Assembly (NCBI GenBank): GCA_022652945.1
Contig: JALCRV010000011.1
Coordinates: 6,297 to 70,296, forward strand
Length of the DNA: 64,000 nt
Direction: 5' to 3'
Origin: Bacilli bacterium
Lineage (GTDB): Bacteria > Bacillota_I > Bacilli_A > RFN20 > CAG-288
The position numbers were made by a program, and so were the translations under genes. The notes beneath the pieces were generated by a model. That model was not told the origin of the DNA. It searched no databases and saw only the letters and a list, made by a program, of their open reading frames with translations. Shown here one piece after another: positions 57,174 through 64,000 of the stretch (within the stretch, counting starts at the first letter, position 1; every line of letters starts with the position of its first letter).

Positions 57174-58217
57174 ATGAACATGGAATCAGCAAATGTCGAA
57201 TCCAGAGAAGAACTGGAAAAACAAAGTCGAATCAAAAAAGCCATCCTAAGGGATAACATCATCCGTTTCATCCCCCTCATCGGCTTACTTGTCTTAGCTT
57301 CAGTTTTCTTCCTAGTTGTCGAAATCACTCACGCGGAGATGCTTAAAAATCTCCAGGTAGTCATTCAAAAAGCCTTGATAGTCGGATTCCTGGCGACCGG
57401 AGCTTCCTTCATCTTCGCCATCGGATCCTTCGATCTCTCCTTAGGCGCTAACTTAGTAGTTTCTGCCGCCATCGGAGCCTGGCTATATACCTTGACCGGC
57501 TCTCTGACCTTAATGTTCATCAGTTGCCTGGTCGTCTCGATTGCCATTTCGTTATTTAACTCCACCTTAGCTTCTTTCTTCAAACTGCCGGTCTTCATTA
57601 TGACAATCGCCATGATGTCGCTCCTCTCCGCCTTGGCTTCCTTGATTATCTCGAAAGTCAACCCGCTTGGCATCGATACCAAACTATCCCGCGGCTCCAA
57701 CCCGGATAACGGAATCTACTTGGTACTTAACAACATCTGGTTCCAGTTAGCGATGCTGGTGCTCTTCGTCGGAATCTGTGTCTTGATCTTCGATTATCTT
57801 AAGCTCGGTCGTCAGCAAAAATTCCTCGGAGGTAACCCCGTCTGCGCTAAATTATCCGGAATCTCCAGTCTCAAGATGACCTTGATCTCCTTCACCCTCG
57901 CTGGTTTAGGAATCGGGTTAGCCGCCTTCTTCTCCATTATGCAGAACGTCAAAGTCACGACTTCGACGGCCTCGGGGATCGGCATGAACATGCTGATCGC
58001 CATCGTCTTCGGCGGAATGTCGTTAAATGGCGGCCCGGGGACTAAATCCTTAGCGGCCTTCATCGGTGGCTTCTCGATGGCATTTATGGATCAGTTCATG
58101 ACTCTGCTCTCGATTCCTAACGGAGACGCGGTTAAGCAGATCGTTAAAGCCGCTTTGTTCCTTGTCATCGTCACCTTGCTCGGTTTAACCGATCGTAAGG
58201 GACTGCTGAAGAGGTAG
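57174..58217 (+). CDS. CUT2 sugar ABC permease
   Basis: GSFDLSLG, GGNP..A.LSGI, AIVFGGMSL.GG. Confidence 0.9.
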   Translation: MNMESANVESREELEKQSRIKKAILRDNIIRFIPLIGLLVLASVFFLVVEITHAEMLKNLQVVIQKALIVGFLATGASFIFAIGSFDLSLGANLVVSAAIGAWLYTLTGSLTLMFISCLVVSIAISLFNSTLASFFKLPVFIMTIAMMSLLSALASLIISKVNPLGIDTKLSRGSNPDNGIYLVLNNIWFQLAMLVLFVGICVLIFDYLKLGRQQKFLGGNPVCAKLSGISSLKMTLISFTLAGLGIGLAAFFSIMQNVKVTTSTASGIGMNMLIAIVFGGMSLNGGPGTKSLAAFIGGFSMAFMDQFMTLLSIPNGDAVKQIVKAALFLVIVTLLGLTDRKGLLKR

Positions 58218-58296
58218 AAGTCGTTCAATTCGGTTTAAAGCCTTAAAGGCTTAAGCATATAATTTGTGCTTTCAATTAAAACAGGAGGGAAAACCT

Positions 58297-59607
58297 ATGA
58301 AAAAAAGCAAATTATTCCTACTCTTAGTCGCTGTTTCGACCGTTGCTTTGGCTTCTTGCGGCATCGTTACTACTTCTTCGGAGGCCGCCAATAATTCTTC
58401 TTCCGCTGCCGCCTCCTCTTCCGCTGTTGTTACCGGCTATGATGCCAGCTACAAAGGGAAGAAAGACTACGAGAGCATCGCTAAGCAGCTCTTAACCGAT
58501 AAGAACCTTTCCCTGGACGGCTTGGATTCAAAAAAATTCACCCTTACCGGCTATCAGCAAGGCTTCTCGACTGGTGATACCGCTTGGATCGCCGGCTTAA
58601 ACAACATGGCTAAATCCGGCGAGGAAGTATTGCTTTGCTGCGGTGCTTCCGATCTGGTCATGGGCATGACTCAACTCTCCGCCGATGATAAAGTCCAGGT
58701 TGGCGGTGTCGATTCCTTGACCGCTGGCTTCGCTCATTTCTTCGAAACGGGTGTCTATAAGTACGATGATGGCAAATTCGCTTCCATGCCTGGACCGATG
58801 ATTGCGGCTATCTTACGTGATCTGGAAGGCAATAAGCTGATGATCGATAACAAGGTTCCTTATCTGGATCAGGGAACTTGGCAAGCTAAATCTGGTGAAG
58901 AATTAGCAAGCATGATTGCTGCTGATAAGGCTGGAAACTACGTCTATAACGCCAATGTCATCTCCTATATGATGGGCGCTGATGCGGCCACCTTTAAGAC
59001 CATGACGGAAGTCAACGATTTCACCGCTGCTACCTCCTATCGTACCCAGTACGGCTCGACCGCCTTGGTCAGCTTAAAGAAAGCTTATAAGATCGGCGTT
59101 ATCAGAAACGATGGAACTTCCGATGAATCCGTCGCTTTCGAAAACTATCTTAAAGACTTAGCCTCCAAACTGAACTTCTCCATCGAATTTGTCACCACTA
59201 CTTCCGGTGATGCTTCCGCTGACTTAGCTCAGATTGATACCTGGGTCTCTCAGTCTTACGATGCGGTCATCTGCCTTTCTAACTCCGCTAACTACGATGG
59301 CATGAAGAAATGCGCCGATGCGCATATCAGATATGCGATGTTCGCTGGCCATCCTTACGAAAGCGATGAGAAGGATATGGAAGCTGACTTCGGCGATTAC
59401 TATGTCGGCTCGGTTGGCCCGACCAAACTCTCGGAAGCCAAAGTCGGCTATAAGATGGGCAAATACTTCGTCGATCAGAAGAACACCAAGTTCGCCATCT
59501 TCGGTGGCGCTGTCGCCTTCGGCTCGGAAATGCACGCTTACCGTGTTGCCGGCATGCTCGCGGCGATGGTTGAGAATGAATCCGGTGTTGCTTCAGTCTT
59601 AGCCTAA
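58297..59607 (+). CDS. Sugar-binding lipoprotein (class I PBP fold), apparently circularly permuted
   Basis: Lipobox LASC; the canonical N-terminal KIGV...IDTWVSQSYDAVI segment lies in the C-terminal half. Confidence 0.8.
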   Translation: MKKSKLFLLLVAVSTVALASCGIVTTSSEAANNSSSAAASSSAVVTGYDASYKGKKDYESIAKQLLTDKNLSLDGLDSKKFTLTGYQQGFSTGDTAWIAGLNNMAKSGEEVLLCCGASDLVMGMTQLSADDKVQVGGVDSLTAGFAHFFETGVYKYDDGKFASMPGPMIAAILRDLEGNKLMIDNKVPYLDQGTWQAKSGEELASMIAADKAGNYVYNANVISYMMGADAATFKTMTEVNDFTAATSYRTQYGSTALVSLKKAYKIGVIRNDGTSDESVAFENYLKDLASKLNFSIEFVTTTSGDASADLAQIDTWVSQSYDAVICLSNSANYDGMKKCADAHIRYAMFAGHPYESDEKDMEADFGDYYVGSVGPTKLSEAKVGYKMGKYFVDQKNTKFAIFGGAVAFGSEMHAYRVAGMLAAMVENESGVASVLA

Positions 59608-59627
59608 ATCTGAATTCTAAGTTTTGT

Positions 59628-59660
59628 TCTCGCCGGTTGACTATTAGCCTTCCGGCGAGA
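59628..59660 (+). terminator. Stem-loop after SBP gene
   Basis: TCTCGCCGG...CCGGCGAGA followed by GGTTTTT. Confidence 0.6.
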
Positions 59661-59678
59661 GGTTTTTAGGAGGGAAAT

Positions 59679-60752
59679 ATGGAAAGCTATAAACAAATCA
59701 TGCTTAAAAGAGCAGGGAGACATGCAATCGGAATCGGGATAATCCCGACCATCTCCATCGTCGTTTCCTTGATTATCTGCGCGGTGGCTGGAACTAAACT
59801 ATTCGTTTCTGAGGCCAGCTTACAGAATCTGGTCTACGGGATTTCATTTCTAGCCTTAATCGCCTTTGCGGTTTCCACTAACCTCCACTCCGGCCGTTTC
59901 GATTTCTCCATCGGCTCGATGTTGGTCTTCTGCTCGACAACCTTCCTGATCCTGGCGAGAGATTATATCCATAATCTGCCGCTTCTGGTGGTGATTACCG
60001 TTCTCTTAGGAGCCTTATGCGGACTCTTCTCAGGAATCTTATACGTCGTCCTACGCTTGCCTTCGATGATTATTTCCTTAGGTGTGGCTCTTCTTTATGA
60101 GGCCTTCGCCTACATCGTCACTTCGGGGATGTCACGTTCAGTTCTGACCGGACAGGACATTCAGGGCATCAGCGCAGAGATGAATAATTACGTTGGGAAT
60201 ACCAATAACTTCACCTGGATTATTATTCTGACTTTAACCGCGGTGCTTTTGATGGTCTTCCTCTTCAACTACACGAAATTCGGTTACGATTACCACGCCT
60301 TACAATCGGGGCAGAAGATCGGTGTCGATACAGGTATTAAAGAAGTCCCTAACGCCCTTTGGTGCTACGTGATCTCCGGAGCCTTAGTAGGCTTAGCGGC
60401 GACCTTCTTCGCCTGTAAGACTTCTTCCACCCGCCCTGACTCCATGCTTAACTTCGCTTCCGTCGGGGTGATGTTCGATGCCTTCTGCCCGCTTTTCTTC
60501 GCCGATTACATCCGCCGCTACTGCAAAAAGGAAGTGGCGATTCTGATCGGGGTTGTCTCTTATGAAGTCATCCAGTTAGCTTTCGGTAATATCAATTCGG
60601 TTCATACTGATTTCACTTCGACCGTCTACGGAATCATCAACTCTTTGATCCTCGTCACCTTCCTCATTTATCTGAACAATGAGAAAGTCGTCAACCACGC
60701 TCTTTCGTTTAAATGGCTGCGGAATGAGAAAAACCCAGCCAAAAATGCTTAA
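59679..60752 (+). CDS. CUT2 sugar ABC permease
   Basis: SGRFDFSIG, LPSMIISLG, YTKFGY; multiple TMs. Confidence 0.88.
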   Translation: MESYKQIMLKRAGRHAIGIGIIPTISIVVSLIICAVAGTKLFVSEASLQNLVYGISFLALIAFAVSTNLHSGRFDFSIGSMLVFCSTTFLILARDYIHNLPLLVVITVLLGALCGLFSGILYVVLRLPSMIISLGVALLYEAFAYIVTSGMSRSVLTGQDIQGISAEMNNYVGNTNNFTWIIILTLTAVLLMVFLFNYTKFGYDYHALQSGQKIGVDTGIKEVPNALWCYVISGALVGLAATFFACKTSSTRPDSMLNFASVGVMFDAFCPLFFADYIRRYCKKEVAILIGVVSYEVIQLAFGNINSVHTDFTSTVYGIINSLILVTFLIYLNNEKVVNHALSFKWLRNEKNPAKNA

Positions 60753-60779
60753 GGCCTAGAAAGAAAGGAAACTAGGTAT

Positions 60780-62498
60780 ATGAAAATCAATTTAAAAGCC
60801 GCTCCGTTCAATCTGAATGACAAACAGATCCAGTGGGTTGAACAGACGCTTTCTTCCTTAACTATTGAGAAGAAAATCGGCCAATTATTCCATCTTGTCA
60901 CCTATACTTCCGACCCGCATTACCTCGACTATTTAGTTAAGGACTTAGGTATCGGCGGTTGCATGATGCGAACCATGAGCTTAGAAGAACTAGCAAAGAC
61001 TGTTAACTATATGCAGGAGCAGGCTCCTATTCCTCTTCTGCTTTCCGCTAATATCGAAGCGGGCACCGAATCCGTTTGCTCTGAAGGGACCCGTTTTGGG
61101 ACCGAAATGGCTTCCGCCGCTTGCCACGATGTTAAGCTTTATGAAAAAGTCTGCCGTGCGATCGGGGAAGAAACCTCAGCTCTAGGGATCAACTACGCCT
61201 TTGCTCCGATTATCGATATTGACTATAACTGGGAAAATCCGATCACCAATACCCGTACTTATGGTTCCGACCCGAAAACGGTCAGCAAGTTAGGCGCGGT
61301 TTATGTTAAGGAAATGCAGTCTTTCGATCTGGTGACTTCGATTAAGCATTTCCCAGGCGATGGCTGCGATTCCCGCGATCAGCACCTGGTCGGCTCCATC
61401 AATACCAAATCAGCCGATGAATGGATGGATACTTACGGTCAGGCTTATAAGGCCGGAATTGAAGCCGGCGCATTAAGTGTCATGACCGGGCATATTCTTC
61501 AGCCGGCATGGTCGAAAAGACTCAATCCTTCTTTGAAAGATGAAGAGATCCTTCCGGGTCTGGCTTCTAAAGAACTGCTGAATGGTTTACTAAGAAAGAA
61601 ACTCGGCTTTAACGGGATGATCATCTCTGATTCTTCAACGATGGCTGGCTTAAATGTCCAACTGCCCCGTAAGATTGCCGTCCCTACGGTAATCGCTGCG
61701 GGGTGCGATATGTTCCTTTTCACGAAAAACCTCGAAGAAGATTTCCAATATATGAAAGAGGGCTTAGAAAGCGGAATCTTAACTAAAGAAAGACTCGATG
61801 AAGCTGTTATGAGGATTCTGGCAGTTAAAGCAAAGATCAAATTACCGGAAAAGAAAGCCGATGGTTCGATCTATGTCGATATTGCGAATGCTAGAAAGAT
61901 CATCTCTAACCCTGAGCATAAAGAACTCGCCCAAAGAGTAGCGGATGAATCGATTACTTTAGTGAAGGAAGAAAAAGGCGTCCTGCCTTTAGATAATAAG
62001 AAATATCCGCGCGTTTTAGTCTACGGGCTTAACGGGGCGGAGCCGAAGATCAACGTCTACCGCAATGTCGCCAAGATCGGCGAGACCGTGGTGGAAGAAT
62101 TCAATAAGCGCGGCTACAAGGCCAGCTTATTCTCTCCTAAACCTGGCTTTGAAGGGATGGTCGATCCGGTGACAGCCATCACGGATAATTATGATCTGAT
62201 TGTCTATGCGGCTTCCTACCAGACTAAATCCAACCAGACTACGGTCCGCATTGAATGGTCCGAACCGTTCGGCGCCAATGTCCCCGTCTATCTGCATTCA
62301 GTTCCGACGATTTTCATCTCCTTTGAAAATCCTTACCATTTAATCGATGTCCCTAGAGTCCGGACTTATATCAATACTTATGGGTTCTCTAAGGCCGTCT
62401 TGGAATCCTTATTTGAAAAGCTGGAAGGGAAAGCTAGTTTCCAAGGTGTTTCCCCGGTTGATGCTTTCTGCGGTCGATGGGATACTCATCTTAGTTAA
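60780..62498 (+). CDS. GH3 glycosidase (Nag3/BglP-like, possibly glycoside phosphorylase)
   Basis: FAPIIDID, NPI..TR.YG, KHFPGDG..RDQH, LRKKLGFNG.IISD. Confidence 0.9.
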   Translation: MKINLKAAPFNLNDKQIQWVEQTLSSLTIEKKIGQLFHLVTYTSDPHYLDYLVKDLGIGGCMMRTMSLEELAKTVNYMQEQAPIPLLLSANIEAGTESVCSEGTRFGTEMASAACHDVKLYEKVCRAIGEETSALGINYAFAPIIDIDYNWENPITNTRTYGSDPKTVSKLGAVYVKEMQSFDLVTSIKHFPGDGCDSRDQHLVGSINTKSADEWMDTYGQAYKAGIEAGALSVMTGHILQPAWSKRLNPSLKDEEILPGLASKELLNGLLRKKLGFNGMIISDSSTMAGLNVQLPRKIAVPTVIAAGCDMFLFTKNLEEDFQYMKEGLESGILTKERLDEAVMRILAVKAKIKLPEKKADGSIYVDIANARKIISNPEHKELAQRVADESITLVKEEKGVLPLDNKKYPRVLVYGLNGAEPKINVYRNVAKIGETVVEEFNKRGYKASLFSPKPGFEGMVDPVTAITDNYDLIVYAASYQTKSNQTTVRIEWSEPFGANVPVYLHSVPTIFISFENPYHLIDVPRVRTYINTYGFSKAVLESLFEKLEGKASFQGVSPVDAFCGRWDTHLS

Positions 62499-62524
62499 TA
62501 ATCTTAAGCATAAGGAATTTAAAA

Positions 62525-62977
62525 ATGAAAACACGTCTTCTCGTGGCGGCTTTGATGTCTTTTATCATGGGTTTGGCGATGACTTTGACAGCTAGCCTCC
62601 TCCATCAGGAGTGGGGGATAGAAACCTTATATGATTTCCTTTTTGCTTTAGGTGTCGGGCTTATCTTTAGCTTTCTAATCCCGCTTGATAAAATCTCTTC
62701 CTGGTTTTGCTCTTTATTTAAAATCGGGAAGGAGAAACCTTTTATTGCAGCAGCCGTCGGGGGAATCGCGACTAACTTAGTTATTACAACTTTGATGGCT
62801 TTAGCGATGACCGCTTTTGCTTTAAGAAATCATATCTCGATTTTCTTCCAAGCTTTTATCCAGGATTACTGGGTCATGCTTTTAGTCGGCTATGTCTTTA
62901 CGGTCCTCGGGACTTTTTTAGTCGGTCTGCTTTTCTTTAAAAAACCCAAGGAAGAAATCAAGGAGGAAAATCAATAA
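62525..62977 (+). CDS. Four-TM hypothetical membrane protein
   Basis: Hydrophobic 150-aa ORF inside the operon. Confidence 0.75.
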   Translation: MKTRLLVAALMSFIMGLAMTLTASLLHQEWGIETLYDFLFALGVGLIFSFLIPLDKISSWFCSLFKIGKEKPFIAAAVGGIATNLVITTLMALAMTAFALRNHISIFFQAFIQDYWVMLLVGYVFTVLGTFLVGLLFFKKPKEEIKEENQ

Positions 62978-64000
62978 TGGAGAATAACCAAGTGAAGACG
63001 ACCTCGGGGCGAATAATTGGCCTTTTAAAGGATGGAATCGATATTTATTACGGCATCCCGTACGCTAAAAAACCAATCGGAAATTTGAGATTCAAAAGAA
63101 GCGAACTTTTTAAATCCGCTAAAGTCCTTAAATGCGATAAGCCCAAAGGTTCTTCGTATCAGTTTGGGCCTAATTTTGATGGTGATACGACCCCTAATGA
63201 ATCCTTAGACTGCTTATACCTGAATGTTTTTACCAAAGACGATAAGAAAGAAAAGAAACCGGTCTTTATCTGGATCCACGGCGGTGGGTTTTTAACCGGG
63301 TGCTCTTATTATCCGATGTACGACGGGAGTTATTTTGCAAGCCAAGGGGTGGTTTTTGTCTCGATCAATTACCGCTTGGGTTGTTTTGGTTATCTTGATC
63401 TTTCACCTTTAGGGAAAGATTTTGATTCAAATTGCGGATTATCCGATCAGATTAATGCCTTAAAATGGGTTAAAGAAAATATCGCTAGTTTCGGCGGGGA
63501 TATTAATAACATCACAGTCGGCGGGGAATCCGCCGGGGGAATCAGCCTTTGGGCTTTATTATCTACGCCGCAGACTGAGGGCCTTTTCCAGAAGGCGGCT
63601 TTTGAAAGCTCTTTGCCTTATTGTTTCTTAAATGAAAAGTACGAGGCTTCTTATCGGGATAATTTCCTTAAATCTTTGGGCTTGAAAAAGGAAGAAAGCG
63701 GTAAGCTTTTAACTATGAGTCCTGCCTTATTGGTTAAAGGCCTGAAAAGTGGCTTAGAAAAGGTCAAGGAAGAAAGAATCGGGGCGATGACCTTAGCGCC
63801 GGTTAAAGATGATTTACTGCCTTACGATACCATTGAAGCTTCAATTAGGGGCATCAATAAGGATGTGAAGATATTAATCGGGACTAATAAAGATGAAGGT
63901 ACCATTTTCGCTAATCAGTTCTTCAAGGGTGAGCAACCTTTCGGCTGGGAACTGAATGAAAAGATGTTCAAGGAAAATGGGTTAAGTGAACTATTCATGC
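62977..64000 (+). CDS. Type-B carboxylesterase/lipase (3' truncated by window edge; absent from ORF track)
   Basis: ATG overlaps the upstream TAA (TAATG), RBS AGGAGG; GIPYA..PIG.LRF, DCLYLNVF, WIHGGGF, INYRLG, FGGD..NIT, catalytic GESAGG. Confidence 0.93.
   Translation, partial: MENNQVKTTSGRIIGLLKDGIDIYYGIPYAKKPIGNLRFKRSELFKSAKVLKCDKPKGSSYQFGPNFDGDTTPNESLDCLYLNVFTKDDKKEKKPVFIWIHGGGFLTGCSYYPMYDGSYFASQGVVFVSINYRLGCFGYLDLSPLGKDFDSNCGLSDQINALKWVKENIASFGGDINNITVGGESAGGISLWALLSTPQTEGLFQKAAFESSLPYCFLNEKYEASYRDNFLKSLGLKKEESGKLLTMSPALLVKGLKSGLEKVKEERIGAMTLAPVKDDLLPYDTIEASIRGINKDVKILIGTNKDEGTIFANQFFKGEQPFGWELNEKMFKENGLSELFM

Noticed and set aside
4323-62595. Numerous 60-150 aa ORFs nested in or antisense to long genes
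   Set aside because: Fully overlap well-supported CDSs and lack RBSs and motifs; treated as shadow ORFs
1-64000. CRISPR array, rRNA, prophage or retroelement
   Set aside because: No regularly spaced repeats and no cas, rRNA-like, phage structural or reverse-transcriptase motifs seen

Overview
Bacterial chromosomal segment in the standard genetic code. Sigma-A-type promoters, CcpA/LacI-type operators and many Ser-rich lipoproteins point to an anaerobic Bacillota/Bacilli-like host (inference). 1-6.7 kb looks like the end of an accessory island: a GC-rich IS21 element (istA/istB) inserted into a second, probably IS4-family, IS whose end supplies a -35 box to a tandem-TIR gene, then a hypothetical gene, a MacB-like ABC fusion and a degenerate 3' half of tRNA-Leu(TAG) that may be an att scar. 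The rest carries a cellobiose/cellodextrin locus (MsmX-like ATPase, GH94 phosphorylase, LacI, CUT1 ABC, GH1), several lipoproteins, a ROK kinase, DUF1295, a Crp/Fnr regulator with DUF488/cupin targets, a tocopherol-cyclase-like gene, a hypB / 950-aa Fe-S flavoenzyme / hypA operon with no hydrogenase in view, a PhoB/PhoR-like pair, an Fbp-type ABC system, a multi-PAS hybrid kinase, an EF-G paralog, and an AraC-GH39 fusion facing a CUT2 ABC + GH3 + carboxylesterase operon. The most notable signals are the HypA/HypB-flanked flavoenzyme (candidate new metal-dependent enzyme) and an apparently circularly permuted sugar-binding lipoprotein. All family calls come from motif recognition by eye; no database searches were run.
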